DNA of 64,000 bases from an uncultured Chromatiales bacterium (GTDB taxonomy: Bacteria; Pseudomonadota; Gammaproteobacteria; CBFCYW01). Below are positions 49,634-63,969 of this stretch, in pieces. The stretch lies in assembly GCA_965602395.1 (NCBI GenBank), contig CBFCYW010000006.1:5171-69170 (forward strand). The letters are read 5' to 3'. The notes under the pieces were generated by a model. The model had not been told where the DNA came from and did not search any database. It saw only the letters and a list, made by a program, of their open reading frames with translations. A program made the position numbers and the translations under genes. The stretch's first letter is position 1, and each line of letters opens with the position of its first letter.

Positions 49634-50875
49634 CTAGCCGAAGCGCGCCGCGCCCAGCGGCGCCAGATCCACCCCGGTGGGCTCATCACAGATCTGTCGC
49701 GCCAGCTGCTCGCCGAGCAGCGGGCCGAGGGTGAAACCCAGATAGCAGTGGCCGAAATGCAGCCACAGGCCGGCGTGGCGCGGTGCGGCGCCGACCAGCG
49801 GCAGGCTGTCCGGCAGGCAGGGGCGGCTGCCCACCCAACGCTCGCCAACCTCCTCGCCCAGCGGCAGCATGCGCCGCGCCACCGGCAGCAGTCGCTGCAG
49901 CTGTACCGGGGTCATCGGCGCGCCGTGGTGGGCGAACTCGAAAGCCGTAGTCAGGCGCACGCCGTCGCGCATCGGCGACAACAGCATGCCGTTGTCCACA
50001 TCCACCAGTGGGCGCTGCAGCGGCTCGTCGACGGTCGGCCGCAGATGGCTGTGATAGCCGCGGATCGACTGCAGCGGATAGCGATAGCCGAAACGGCGCA
50101 ACAGATCCATCGACCAGGGACCGAGGCAGACCACCACCCGCGCCGCGCTCAACGGCCCGGCGTCGCTGTCCAAGCGCCATTCGCCGGCCACCTGGCGCAG
50201 CCCGGCGGCATCGCCGCGCGCCAGCAGGCCACCGCTGGCGGCGAAGTGCCGGGCGATCGCCGCGGTGACTTCGCCGGGGCTGGCCACGGTGTGGCTCTGC
50301 GGCCAGTACAGCGAGCGGTACGGGCGTGCATCGAGCAGTGGCTCGTAGTCGCGCAGCGCCTCGCCTTCGATCAGCTCGTAGGGCATGCCGATGCTGTCGG
50401 CGCGCGCCAGCACCGGCTCGGCCGCGTGGTAGCTCTGTGCGCTGCGATACATGCGAATCCAGCCGCGGTCGCGGTACAGATCCAGCGCACCGGTCTGCCT
50501 GGCGAGTTCGCGGTGCGCCGCCAGCGCGCGGCTCATCAGCGGGTGCACGGCGCGAAAGAAACGCTCTTCGCCGTCCTCGTCGGAGGCGCGCCACAGCGCC
50601 AGCAGCCACGGCAAAAGACGCGGCAGGATGCGCCAGTGGTAGTGGGTCTGCAGGCTGCGGTTGCTGGCGTAGCGCAGCAGCGCCAGCGGGTCGCGCGGAA
50701 AGACGATGGGTTCGAGCCCATCGACCTCGACGATGCCGGCATTGCCATAGGAGGTCTCGCGACCCGGCTCGCGGCGGTCCAGCAGGGCCACGTTTTGGCC
50801 GCGCGCCAGCAGCGCCTGCGCGGTCGAGGCGCCGGCGATACCGGCGCCGAGTACTAATGTGTCCAGCTTGCGCAT
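49634..50875 (-). CDS. FAD-dependent oxidoreductase, D-amino acid dehydrogenase (DadA)-like
   Basis: GAGIAG, ETSYGNAG, RGYH, GSRPCLPDSLP, FGH. Confidence 0.88.
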   Translation of the reverse strand: MRKLDTLVLGAGIAGASTAQALLARGQNVALLDRREPGRETSYGNAGIVEVDGLEPIVFPRDPLALLRYASNRSLQTHYHWRILPRLLPWLLALWRASDEDGEERFFRAVHPLMSRALAAHRELARQTGALDLYRDRGWIRMYRSAQSYHAAEPVLARADSIGMPYELIEGEALRDYEPLLDARPYRSLYWPQSHTVASPGEVTAAIARHFAASGGLLARGDAAGLRQVAGEWRLDSDAGPLSAARVVVCLGPWSMDLLRRFGYRYPLQSIRGYHSHLRPTVDEPLQRPLVDVDNGMLLSPMRDGVRLTTAFEFAHHGAPMTPVQLQRLLPVARRMLPLGEEVGERWVGSRPCLPDSLPLVGAAPRHAGLWLHFGHCYLGFTLGPLLGEQLARQICDEPTGVDLAPLGAARFG

Positions 50876-50955
50876 GCTCGGCTCAGGGGATTGGCTATGG
50901 ATGTTGTTACGGGTTGCGATTCGGAGGTCTGGCGACGGCTGCAAGAGCCGCCGGG

Positions 50956-50982
50956 CAGAGTCGCGGACAGGGTCGCGGACAG
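50956..50982 (+). repeat. 12-bp intergenic tandem duplication
   Basis: CAGAGTCGCGGA CAGGGTCGCGGA CAG. Confidence 0.65.
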
Positions 50983-51047
50983 CTCGCCCGGCCACGGGCG
51001 GCGGGCATGATAGCCGCTGTGGCGCGGCGCTGCAGCGTCGTCGCAGC

Positions 51048-51431
51048 TCAGTCGCCGCGCAGGTCTGCGGCCGCGGCGCGGCCCTCCAGCGCGCACCAGC
51101 GACGGAAGCCGCCAAGGCCGCGATTCTGCCACTCGGCGTGGGCCGCCTGCCAGGCATCCATGCGCGCGCGCTGCAGGGCGGCGGTGTCGAAGCCGGTGCT
51201 GCGTTGCAACTGACGCAGCCGGCGGTGGAATCCATCCCGCACCGCGTCATCCACCAGCCCGCAGTAGCTGGCCACTTCGATATCGTAGTGCAGACGCACC
51301 AGTGGCTCGACCGGCGGCGGTGCCGCAGCGGCCAGCGACGGCATCAACACGGCGGCGCAAATCACCAGCCAGCGGGCCGATAACGGCGCCAGCGGGTCTC
51401 GGCGCCGAGCGCCGCAGTCGGATCCAGGCAT
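51048..51431 (-). CDS. hypothetical exported helical protein
   Basis: GGAGG RBS, signal peptide, YCGL...EWQNRGLGGFRRWC. Confidence 0.72.
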   Translation of the reverse strand: MPGSDCGARRRDPLAPLSARWLVICAAVLMPSLAAAAPPPVEPLVRLHYDIEVASYCGLVDDAVRDGFHRRLRQLQRSTGFDTAALQRARMDAWQAAHAEWQNRGLGGFRRWCALEGRAAAADLRGD

Positions 51432-51552
51432 ATCCACCTCCGCACTCGCGCCTGCCGCAATGGTGCCGATTGCATCACACCGGCGGTGAAATTCCGATTA
51501 TCCTGCGCCACAGTTCATCGCCGACCGGATTGAAAGGGGGATCGCGCAAGCC

Positions 51553-52146
51553 ATGTGCGCCAGCAACGCCAACGCTATTCGGGACGCCGCCACGGCGTGC
51601 CGCTGCGGCATTGCCAGCCGAGCGTCCGCGATCCTGATCTGCGCCTTGAGCGCGCTGTTGCTGACTGCCTGCGGCGGCCCGCCGCCAGCGCCCGAGCCAC
51701 TGGTACAGCCGGTGCCGACGGTGCCGGTACCACGCCCCTGCACCGGCAATCTGGCCGGCACCGACGCCGCCGGTGCTGCATTGCAGCGCATCCGCATCCT
51801 CGCCCGCGACAACGCCAACCGCGGCGAGCCGGTGGCGCTGGACATAATCTTTATCTACGACCCGGCGCTGCTCGCCGAGCTGCCGCGCGACGCCGGCGCC
51901 TGGTTTCAGCGCCGCGATGCCATCCGCCTGCTGGCCGGCGGCGGCCTGCAGGTGGTCTCACTGGCGATCGCGCCCGGCAGCGGCCCGGCGCACATCGACC
52001 TGCCCGAGGATGCCAGCCTGGTGCACCGCGTGCTGGCCTATCCGCTGTACCACGAGCCGGCAGCGCAGCGCGTGCTGGAACTGACCCGATTCCACAGCGT
52101 CCGCCTGACCTTTGAAGAGAACACCGTGACCATGTGCCGCGAGTGA
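51553..52146 (+). CDS. TssJ-like lipoprotein (paralog 1)
   Basis: Lipobox LLTAC; ANRGEPVALDIIFIYD...WF..R...IAPG. Confidence 0.6.
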   Translation: MCASNANAIRDAATACRCGIASRASAILICALSALLLTACGGPPPAPEPLVQPVPTVPVPRPCTGNLAGTDAAGAALQRIRILARDNANRGEPVALDIIFIYDPALLAELPRDAGAWFQRRDAIRLLAGGGLQVVSLAIAPGSGPAHIDLPEDASLVHRVLAYPLYHEPAAQRVLELTRFHSVRLTFEENTVTMCRE

Positions 52147-52242
52147 CGAAGCCATCACCGCCGCCACTCCGGCGGCGAACTATGCTTGGCTGCCCTTCGC
52201 TGGCCCGATCGCCAGCCAGCTCGCCACCAGCCAGGAGTCACC

Positions 52243-52752
52243 ATGTTCAAGCGCATCCCCAGCTTCCTTTGCCTGTTTGCCGGCCTGCTGCTCAGCGCCT
52301 GCGCGGATATGCCCGCCCAAGGCCCGGGATCGGGGCCGGAGCAGGGATCGGGAACCGGTGGCGGCGCACTCGAACCGGGCAGCGGCAACCCCGGCGGCGG
52401 ACGGCGCATCGAGGCGCTGGCCAAGGCCGGCGGCCAAGAGGTGATCAATATCGACCTGGTGTTCATCTACGACGACAGCCTCAGCGAGCACTTGCCGGCA
52501 CGCACCGGGAGCTGGTTCGCGGCTCGCGAGCAACTGCTCGCCAATGCCGGCGGACTGCTCGAACGGGTCTCTCTGGAGCTGCCAGCGAGTTTCGCCAGCG
52601 GCCCGCTGCGCCTGCCCGAACGCGCCGATGGGGCGCAGCGCGTGCTGCTCTACGCAGACCATGCGCAGACCCCCGAGGCCGTCGACCTGACAGCGCGGCG
52701 GCGCATCGCGCTGCGCCTTTACGCGGGCGGTCTGGATGTCGCCGATCTCTGA
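52243..52752 (+). CDS. TssJ-like lipoprotein (paralog 2)
   Basis: AGGAG RBS; lipobox LLSAC; Gly/Pro linker; INIDLVFIYD...SWF..RE. Confidence 0.6.
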   Translation: MFKRIPSFLCLFAGLLLSACADMPAQGPGSGPEQGSGTGGGALEPGSGNPGGGRRIEALAKAGGQEVINIDLVFIYDDSLSEHLPARTGSWFAAREQLLANAGGLLERVSLELPASFASGPLRLPERADGAQRVLLYADHAQTPEAVDLTARRRIALRLYAGGLDVADL

Positions 52753-52871
52753 GCTGATCTCCAGGCCGGCCACCGGGCCGGGCGCGCCGCCGCCGCGGTG
52801 CTAAGATTCGAGCTGCGGCCGGCCGCGGTCGCCGCCACAAATCCGCCGCACGCCATCAGGTTTCTCTTCGC

Positions 52872-54047
52872 ATGCCGCCGCGACTATTCGCCCCATTAAT
52901 GCTCTTTCTGCTGGCGCTCGCGCCGCCGCTCGCGGCTGACGAAGCAGAGCCAACCGAGCAGCAGCGCAGCGCGGCCGCCGAGCGATTGGAGCGGGTGCGC
53001 GCCCAGATCAGCTCTCTGCAGCAGCGCGTCGCCACGCAACAGGCCGAGCGCGGCAATGTCTCCAGCGAGCTGCGCGAGGTGGATCTAGCGGTAGCTGCCA
53101 TCCTCACTGAACTGGATCAGCTCGGCGCGCAACTGGCCGACCAGCAGCGCGAACTGGCGCAGATCGAAACCCGCCGCACGGCGCTGCACGGGGAGCTGGC
53201 AGCGCACCAGACGTCGCTGCGCGAGCAGTTGCGCGCCGCCTACCGCATCGGCCAGACACCGGTGCTGCAGCTGCTGCTCAAACAGCAGGATCCGGCCCGG
53301 CTGAGCCGCGCGCTGCGCTACTACGATTATTTCAACCGCGCCCGACTGGCGGCCATCGAGCGCGCCGAGGCACTGCTGGTGGAGCTCGCCGAGCTGGCCG
53401 AGCGCGAGCGCCGCGCCGCCGAGCAGTTGCGCGCCACCCGCCGCGAGGCCAGCCGCCGCCACGCCGCGCTGGAGGAACGCCAGCTTGCGCGGCGCGAAGT
53501 GCTGGCGCGGCTGGAGCGGGAGATCGCCACCACCGGCGGCGAAATCCGCCACCTGCAGGGCGACGCCAAACGCCTGCAGGCGCTGCTCGACGAGTTGAGC
53601 CAGATACTCGCCGACATTCCAGCGCCGCCGCGCGAACGCGAACCCTTCGCCCAGCGCCGCGGCAAGCTGCCCTGGCCGGTGCGCGGACGCGTGCTGAACG
53701 CCTTCGGCAGCCGCCACGGCGACGGCCCGCTGAGTAGTCAGGGGCTGGTGATCGCCGCCGGCGATGGCGACTCGGTGCAGGCCGTGCACCACGGCCACGT
53801 GGTCTACGCCGACTGGCTGCAGGGCTTCGGCATGATTGCGATCGTCGATCACGGCGATGGCTACATGAGCCTGTACGGAAACAACAGCGCTCTGTTCAAG
53901 GAAACCGGCGACTGGGTGTCCAGCGGCGAGCGGCTTGCAACCGCCGGCGACGGCGGCGGTCAACTGGGTAGTGGCGTGTACTTCGAGATCCGCCGCAAGG
54001 GCCGCCCCATCGATCCGGCGCGCTGGCTACGGCGTGGCGGCGGCTGA
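52872..54047 (+). CDS. envC: murein hydrolase activator EnvC
   Basis: Signal peptide, long coiled coil, degenerate M23 domain (LPWPVRG, YMSLYGNN, YFEIR). Confidence 0.9.
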   Translation: MPPRLFAPLMLFLLALAPPLAADEAEPTEQQRSAAAERLERVRAQISSLQQRVATQQAERGNVSSELREVDLAVAAILTELDQLGAQLADQQRELAQIETRRTALHGELAAHQTSLREQLRAAYRIGQTPVLQLLLKQQDPARLSRALRYYDYFNRARLAAIERAEALLVELAELAERERRAAEQLRATRREASRRHAALEERQLARREVLARLEREIATTGGEIRHLQGDAKRLQALLDELSQILADIPAPPREREPFAQRRGKLPWPVRGRVLNAFGSRHGDGPLSSQGLVIAAGDGDSVQAVHHGHVVYADWLQGFGMIAIVDHGDGYMSLYGNNSALFKETGDWVSSGERLATAGDGGGQLGSGVYFEIRRKGRPIDPARWLRRGGG

Positions 54048-54232
54048 GGACGCGCCGGTCGCACCATCACCCAAGTGACTGTATGACCGGGCGGAAAACG
54101 CGCCACATCGCGAACCGCAGCAAGGGTGCAGGGCAAGGCCGCTCTGATACACTAACAGCAACCGGCCGCCGCAGTGCCGAAACCGAGCGACCGCCAGCCG
54201 CGTGCCGCACGGCAGCCACCACGGAGACACGC

Positions 54233-55561
54233 ATGCATTCCAGACCCCGCACACTCACTCTCGTCCTGCTCGGCGTGGTGCTCGGTGGCGCCCTGTCCAT
54301 CGGCCAGGGCGTGCTGGCGACCCGCGACGATCCGGCCGAGGCGCTACCGCTCGAAGACCTGCGCACGTTTACGGACATCTTCACGCGCATCAAGGCCAAT
54401 TACGTCGAGGAGATCGACGATAAAGAGCTGCTCGAACACGCCATCCGCGGCATGCTCTCGGGGCTCGATCCGCACTCCGCCTACCTCAGCCCCGACCAGT
54501 TCAACGAGCTGCGCATCGGCACCTCCGGTGAATTCGGCGGTCTCGGCATCGAAGTCGGCATGGAAGACGGCTTCGTAAAAGTGGTCGCGCCGATCGACGA
54601 CACCCCGGCGCAGCGCGCCGGCATGCAGTCCGGCGATCTGATCATCCGCCTCGACGACCAGCCGGTGAAGGGCATGACCCTCTCCGACGCGGTCAAGGTG
54701 ATGCGCGGCAAGCCGGGCACCGACATCGTGCTCACCGTGGTTCGCGACGGCGAGGACAAGCCGCTGAAGGTGACCATCACCCGCGCCGTGATTCAGGTCA
54801 GCAGCGTCAAGCAGCGCATGCTCGACGATGGCTTCGGCTATCTGCGCATCTCGCACTTCCAGACCAAAACCACCCAGTATCTGCTGGATGGCATCGAACA
54901 GCTGCGCGAAGAAAACGGCGGCGATCTGCGTGGTCTGGTGCTGGATCTGCGCAACAATCCCGGCGGCGTGCTGTCCGCCGCAGTGGGCGTCTCCGACGCC
55001 TTCGTCGAAGACGGCCTGATCGTCTATACCGATGGCCGCGAAGAGAACGCCCAACTCAGCTACAACGCCAGCCCCGGCGATGTGCTCGACGGCGCGCCCA
55101 TCGTGGTACTGGTCAACGGTGGCTCGGCCTCGGCTTCGGAGATCGTCGCCGGCGCACTGCAGGACCACCAGCGCGCCGTCATCATGGGCGCCAAAACCTT
55201 CGGCAAGGGTTCGGTGCAGACCATTCAGGATCTGCCCAACGGCGGTGCGGTGAAGCTGACCACGGCGCGTTATTTCACACCGGATGGCCGCTCGATCCAG
55301 GCCGAGGGGATCGACCCGGACATCGAAGTCGGCCGTTTCAAGGTCGCCCGCGAGAACGGCGACGAAGACGAAGTCGCGCCGCTCACCGAGGCCAATCTCA
55401 GCGGCCACCTGGACAACCCCAACGGCGAAGAGGTGGTCGAAGACGCCGATAGCGAAGCCCAGCGCCAGGGCGAGCTGGACAAGCTGGCCGACGAAGACTA
55501 CCCGCTGTACCAGGCACTCAACCTGCTGCGCGGGCTGACCATCCTGCAGGCGCAACGCTGA
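54233..55561 (+). CDS. ctpA: carboxyl-terminal processing protease (S41)
   Basis: LDPHS, PDZ GLGIEV, DLRNNPGG, SASASEI, GKGSVQ. Confidence 0.93.
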   Translation: MHSRPRTLTLVLLGVVLGGALSIGQGVLATRDDPAEALPLEDLRTFTDIFTRIKANYVEEIDDKELLEHAIRGMLSGLDPHSAYLSPDQFNELRIGTSGEFGGLGIEVGMEDGFVKVVAPIDDTPAQRAGMQSGDLIIRLDDQPVKGMTLSDAVKVMRGKPGTDIVLTVVRDGEDKPLKVTITRAVIQVSSVKQRMLDDGFGYLRISHFQTKTTQYLLDGIEQLREENGGDLRGLVLDLRNNPGGVLSAAVGVSDAFVEDGLIVYTDGREENAQLSYNASPGDVLDGAPIVVLVNGGSASASEIVAGALQDHQRAVIMGAKTFGKGSVQTIQDLPNGGAVKLTTARYFTPDGRSIQAEGIDPDIEVGRFKVARENGDEDEVAPLTEANLSGHLDNPNGEEVVEDADSEAQRQGELDKLADEDYPLYQALNLLRGLTILQAQR

Positions 55562-55566
55562 CAGCG

Positions 55567-56625
55567 GTGCTGGAATCGGCCCCAGTGGCGCGGCGATTCC
55601 AGCCGCGTTGTCGGCCGCCTGGCCGGACGGGCCTGTGCGCCACCGGGCTCGCCGCACTGCTGGCGGCGAGCACGCCGGCCAGCGCCAACGCCCTGCTCGA
55701 AGCGCTCGACGCCATCGCCGCCGCGCGCCGCGCCGCAGCGCTCGCCGAGCCGCAGCCCGACAGGGCCGATCCCGCGCAACGACAAGCCAGTGCGACAGCC
55801 GCGCAGACGGCCGCCGAGGCGCCTGCTGCTGCAACACCCGAATCCTCGCAGCGAGCGAAAACCGGGGCCAAAGCCGAGCGGGCCAAGCGGGTCGATATCG
55901 CCAATCGACCGGCTGTCGTCGCCAGCCTGCCGGCGATCAGCATCATCATCGATGACATCGGCTACAGCCGCGAGATCGGCGCGCAGCTGCTCGATCTGCC
56001 GCGACCGGTGACACTATCCATCCTGCCGCACAGCCCGCACGGCGCCGCGCTGGCACAGCGCGCGCAACGCAGCGGCCACGAAATCATGCTGCATCTGCCG
56101 ATGGAATCGAGCATCGGCGCCGATTCCGGGCCAGGCACGCTGGCCAGCGGCATGAGCGGCGAGCAGTTCGAACGCACCCTGCTCGACAATCTGCGCGCGA
56201 TTCCCGGCATCAGCGGCGTCAACAACCACATGGGCAGTCTGCTGACCAGCCGCCGTGATGCGATGCAGCAGTTGATGGACGGGATCGCCGCACACGGCGA
56301 GCTGTTTTTCGTCGACAGCCGCACTGCCATCGGCACCGTCGCCGAGGATACCGCGCGGCGGTTCGGCATCCCCAGCACCCGGCGCGATGTGTTTCTCGAC
56401 AACCTGCAGGAGGTGGCGGCGATCGATCGCCAGTTCGACAAACTGCTGGAACGCGCGCGCCGCAACGGCTACGCACTGGCCATCGGCCACCCCTACCCGG
56501 AGACCCTCGCCGTACTGCAGCGACGCCTGCCACAGCTGCGCGGCATCCGCCTGATCCGCGTCGATCAGCAGATCGCCGAGCGGCCGCCGAGCGCTAGCGT
56601 CGCCCCGCTGGCACAAAGACCCTAG
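55567..56625 (+). CDS. yibQ: divergent polysaccharide deacetylase (YibQ family)
   Basis: IIIDDIG, LHLPME, NNHMGS, FVDSRT, RDVFLD, AIGHP; start uncertain. Confidence 0.88.
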   Translation: MLESAPVARRFQPRCRPPGRTGLCATGLAALLAASTPASANALLEALDAIAAARRAAALAEPQPDRADPAQRQASATAAQTAAEAPAAATPESSQRAKTGAKAERAKRVDIANRPAVVASLPAISIIIDDIGYSREIGAQLLDLPRPVTLSILPHSPHGAALAQRAQRSGHEIMLHLPMESSIGADSGPGTLASGMSGEQFERTLLDNLRAIPGISGVNNHMGSLLTSRRDAMQQLMDGIAAHGELFFVDSRTAIGTVAEDTARRFGIPSTRRDVFLDNLQEVAAIDRQFDKLLERARRNGYALAIGHPYPETLAVLQRRLPQLRGIRLIRVDQQIAERPPSASVAPLAQRP

Positions 56626-56656
56626 CGAGACTCCCGCGGCCACCGGCGCGCTGCAC

Positions 56657-58147
56657 TCAATCCTTCGCCTGGCCCGGCTGGCCCCCGGGCAGATCGAGCC
56701 GCGCCCAGAGCTCATCGACCCGCGCGACCACTTGCGGGTCGCGGGCGATGGGGCGACCCCACTCGCGCTGCGTCTCGCCGGGCCACTTGTTGGTGGCATC
56801 GAAACCCATCTTCGAGCCCAGGCCGGAGACCGGCGAGGCGAAATCCAGATAATCGATAGGCGTGTTGTCGACGATGGTGGTGTCTCGGCCGGGGTCCATG
56901 CGGGTGGTCATGGCCCAGATGACATCCTTCCAATCGCGCGCGTTCACGTCATCATCGACGACGATCACGAATTTTGTGTACATAAACTGGCGCAGAAACG
57001 ACCACACGCCCATCATCACCCGCTTCGCGTGGCCGGCGTACTGCTTCTTCATGCTGACCACCGCGAGCCGGTAGGAACAACCCTCCGGCGGCAGGTAGAA
57101 ATCGATGATCTCCGGAAACTGCTTTTGCAGAATCGGCACGAAAACCTCGTTCAGCGCCACGCCGAGCACCGCCGGCTCGTCCGGCGGACGGCCGGTGTAG
57201 GTCGAGTGATAGATCGGCTGTTTGCGATGGCTGATGCGGTCGAGCGTGAACACCGGGAAGTCATCGACTTCGTTGTAATAGCCGGTGTGGTCGCCAAACG
57301 GTCCCTCCGGTGCGGTGTCGCCATGCAGATGGCCTTCGAGGACGAACTCCGCCGAGGCCGGGACCAGTAAATCCGACCCCTTGCACTGCACCAGCTGGCT
57401 GCGCGAGCCGCGCAACAGACCGGCGAAGGCGTGCTCGGCGAGGCTGTCCGGCACCGGGGTGACGGCAGCGAGAATGGTCGCCGGATCCGCGCCCAGTGCG
57501 ACCGCCACCGGAAAGGGCTCTCCGGGATGTGACTGCTGCCAGTCGCGGTAATCCAGCGCACCGCCACGGTGCGCCAGCCAGCGCATGATTACCCGCTGGC
57601 GACCGATCACCTGCATGCGGTAGATGCCCATGTTCTGCCGCGGCTTGTTCGGCCCCTTGGTGACGACCAGCCCCCAGGTGATCAGCGGCCCGGCATCGCC
57701 CGGCCAGCAGGTCTGCACCGGCAGCTGGCCCAGATCGATGTCGTCGCCCTCGATCAGCACCTCCTGGCAAGCGGCCCGGCGCACCTTTTTGGGCGCCATG
57801 TCCAGCACCTTTTTGAAGATCGGCAGGCTTCGCCAGGCCTCCCGGATGCCCTTCGGCGGGTCCGGCTCTTTGAGGAAGGCCAACAGCTCGCCGATCTCGC
57901 GCAGTGCCGCGACGGAATCCGCGCCCATGCCCAGCGCCACGCGCTGGGGCGTGCCGAACAGGTTGGCGAGCACCGGAATCCGGCTACCCGTAGGGTTTTC
58001 AAACAGCACTGCGGGGCCGCCGGCGCGGAGCAGGCGGTCGCAGATTTCTGTCATTTCAAGGTGTGGATCGACTGCCTCGCGGATGCGGACCAACTCGCCG
58101 CGCGCTTCCAGCTGGGCGATGAAGTCGCGCAGATCGCGATACTGCAT
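56657..58147 (-). CDS. ubiD: 4-hydroxy-3-polyprenylbenzoate decarboxylase
   Basis: [32 protein letters not shown]. Confidence 0.96.
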   Translation of the reverse strand: MQYRDLRDFIAQLEARGELVRIREAVDPHLEMTEICDRLLRAGGPAVLFENPTGSRIPVLANLFGTPQRVALGMGADSVAALREIGELLAFLKEPDPPKGIREAWRSLPIFKKVLDMAPKKVRRAACQEVLIEGDDIDLGQLPVQTCWPGDAGPLITWGLVVTKGPNKPRQNMGIYRMQVIGRQRVIMRWLAHRGGALDYRDWQQSHPGEPFPVAVALGADPATILAAVTPVPDSLAEHAFAGLLRGSRSQLVQCKGSDLLVPASAEFVLEGHLHGDTAPEGPFGDHTGYYNEVDDFPVFTLDRISHRKQPIYHSTYTGRPPDEPAVLGVALNEVFVPILQKQFPEIIDFYLPPEGCSYRLAVVSMKKQYAGHAKRVMMGVWSFLRQFMYTKFVIVVDDDVNARDWKDVIWAMTTRMDPGRDTTIVDNTPIDYLDFASPVSGLGSKMGFDATNKWPGETQREWGRPIARDPQVVARVDELWARLDLPGGQPGQAKD

Positions 58148-58156
58148 CCCGGCCGG

Positions 58157-59092
58157 CTACCAGATCTGCACACCGCCGGTGCGCTTGCGGATGCGGTAGT
58201 CGAGCCAGCGAATGCCGAGCCAGAAACCGATCGCCAGCGTCGCCACGGCGAGTGCGATGTACAGCGCGTGGGTATGCCGCTGCAGGCCGAGCCGGGCGAT
58301 GAAGTCCCAGGGGCTGGGCTCACTGGGCTGCGCCGCGGCCACCTGCACGATCTCGGATTCGGCAGAGCCACCACCGCCGGGCGTGCCGCCGAGCGCGCTG
58401 AGTGCGCTGGCCACCTGTGCGCGTAGCGCCTGCAATTCGGCACCGAGTTGCGCCTCGCGATCACGCAACTCGTCGCGCTGGGCGAGCAGGCCCTCAACGC
58501 GAGCCTCGGCCTCCGCGGCACGCTCATTAGCTGTCTGCAAAACAGTCGGATCGGCGGCAGATTGGGCCGCAGAGCCGGCCCCGGCAACGCCGGCATCCAG
58601 ATCCGCGCGCAGCTGCTCGCTCTCAGCGCGGGCAGCTTCTGCGGCGGCATTGGCCGCGCCGAGCGCCTCGCGCAACTCGGACAGCTGCGTCTGGCTGGCG
58701 GAGAGGCGCTCTTCCAACGCGGCCTTTTCCTCAGCCAGTGAGGCGACTTCTTGCGCCGCCTCACCGCCGCCGGCCTCGCGCAGTTCCTCCAGCTCCTTCT
58801 CCAGCTCCGCAAGGCGTATCCCCGCCGGCACCTCATCGACCAGATACTTGCTCTTCACCCAGCCTTCCGAACCATCCGGCAGGCGCGCGCGCAACCAGGC
58901 ACCCTGGTCATCCAGCACCTCCAGTGCCGTGCCGCTGGTGATCGATGTCATCTGCCCCTCGCCTTTCTGCTCGTAGACGCCGAGGTAGAGTTTATCGGTG
59001 ACGTAGAGGGTGTCGGCCTGGCCGGCGAGCGGCACCAGGCTGGCGACCAGGCCGGTCAGTGTGGCGAGCAGAATCGCACTGAATCGTTGCAT
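58157..59092 (-). CDS. SH3-domain membrane protein (YgiM/TIGR04211-like)
   Basis: Signal peptide, YVTD...EGWV..KYL SH3b, coiled coil, C-terminal TM and basic tail. Confidence 0.8.
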   Translation of the reverse strand: MQRFSAILLATLTGLVASLVPLAGQADTLYVTDKLYLGVYEQKGEGQMTSITSGTALEVLDDQGAWLRARLPDGSEGWVKSKYLVDEVPAGIRLAELEKELEELREAGGGEAAQEVASLAEEKAALEERLSASQTQLSELREALGAANAAAEAARAESEQLRADLDAGVAGAGSAAQSAADPTVLQTANERAAEAEARVEGLLAQRDELRDREAQLGAELQALRAQVASALSALGGTPGGGGSAESEIVQVAAAQPSEPSPWDFIARLGLQRHTHALYIALAVATLAIGFWLGIRWLDYRIRKRTGGVQIW

Positions 59093-59334
59093 GCACATTT
59101 CTCCGGTTCTGGCGGCCGCGCCACTGCAGGGCTATTGGCGCGCTGTTCGCGGCCGTCGAATGCCGAGTCGGGCGGTGGCGATGGGCGGTGCGAGAGAGCA
59201 CTGTCCGTCCAGCACGATGCCATCGGCGAAAATTGGCCGAACATGCTAGGCGATCGCGAAGGGCTTCGCCAGCGGCGCCTTCACGGGTTCGTTTTTCGTC
59301 GCAGAAATATTTTTTAAATCATTGAAAAACAAGG

Positions 59335-62849
<3,515 letters not shown>

Positions 62850-62856
62850 CTGCTGG

Positions 62857-63969
62857 CTAGAGGCGCATCGGCATCACGACATACTGCGCGTCTTCGGAGC
62901 CGGCCGGGGTGATCAGGCACGAGCTGTTGGCGTCGCGAAAGCTCAGGCTGACCTCGTCGGTGTCCAGGGTGTTGAGCACATCGAGCAGGTAAGCGACGTT
63001 GAAACCGATCTCCAGCGCCTCGCCGGCATAGTCGACGGTCAGCTCGTCCTGCGCCTCCTCCTGCTCAGGGTTGTGGGTCTGGATGCGCAGCTCGCCGTCG
63101 CCCAGCAACAGGCGGATGCCCTTGTACTTTTCGTTGGAGAGAATCGCCGCGCGCGACAGCGCGGCGCGGAATTCCTCGCGCGGCAGTTGCAGCAGCTTGT
63201 CGTTGCCCTTGGGCAGCACGCGATCGTAATCGGGGAACTTGCCGTCGATCAGCTTCGAGTTGAAACGCACACCGGGCAGGCTGACACGCACGTGATTGGC
63301 GCCGAGTTCGACACTGGCAGGCCCCTGCTCATCCGAGAGCACGCGCAGCAGCTCCTGCACGCCTTTGCGCGGGATGATCACCTGGGTTAGCTCGCCCAGC
63401 CCGGCGCCCGGATCGATCTCCAGCGCGGCGTCACTGAGCGCCAGACGATGGCCGTCGGTGGCCACGCAGCGCAGGCGCTGGGCGCCCAGCTCGAAAAGCA
63501 CGCCGTTGAGGTAGTAGCGCACGTCCTGCTGAGCCATCGCGAAACTGGTGCGATTCAGGCTGCGGGCCAGCACCGCGGGGTCGAGATCGAACTTGGCGGC
63601 GATGTCAAAACCGCCGACTTCGGGGAACTCGTCTGCGGGCAGGGTGGCCAGCGAAAAGCGGCTGCGCCCGGCGCGCAGCTGGGCGCGATCTCCCTCGGCA
63701 GAAAATTCGATGCGCGCGCCGTCGGGCAGCGAGCGGCAGATGTCGTGCAGCTTGCGCGCCGGCACGGTGATCGCAGATTGGCCTTCGATATCCAGCGCCA
63801 GTTCGGCGCGCAGTTCGACCTCCAGATCGGTGGCGGTCACCGACAGCCTGCCGGCATGGGCGGTCAGCAGCACGTTGGCCAGCACCGGGAGTGTCTGCCG
63901 GCGCTCTACGGCGCCGAGCACCTTCTGCAGCGGCTTGAGCAGTTCTTCTCGCTGAGCTGTGAATCGCAT
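62857..63969 (-). CDS. dnaN: DNA polymerase III beta sliding clamp
   Basis: ATDLE, QQDVRYYLNG, ATDGHRL, GKFPDY, YVVMPMRL. Confidence 0.98.
   Translation of the reverse strand: MRFTAQREELLKPLQKVLGAVERRQTLPVLANVLLTAHAGRLSVTATDLEVELRAELALDIEGQSAITVPARKLHDICRSLPDGARIEFSAEGDRAQLRAGRSRFSLATLPADEFPEVGGFDIAAKFDLDPAVLARSLNRTSFAMAQQDVRYYLNGVLFELGAQRLRCVATDGHRLALSDAALEIDPGAGLGELTQVIIPRKGVQELLRVLSDEQGPASVELGANHVRVSLPGVRFNSKLIDGKFPDYDRVLPKGNDKLLQLPREEFRAALSRAAILSNEKYKGIRLLLGDGELRIQTHNPEQEEAQDELTVDYAGEALEIGFNVAYLLDVLNTLDTDEVSLSFRDANSSCLITPAGSEDAQYVVMPMRL

Noticed and set aside
59299-59334. AT-rich patch after gyrB as an origin unwinding element
   Set aside because: Short and without DnaA boxes; more likely an UP element or terminator-region sequence
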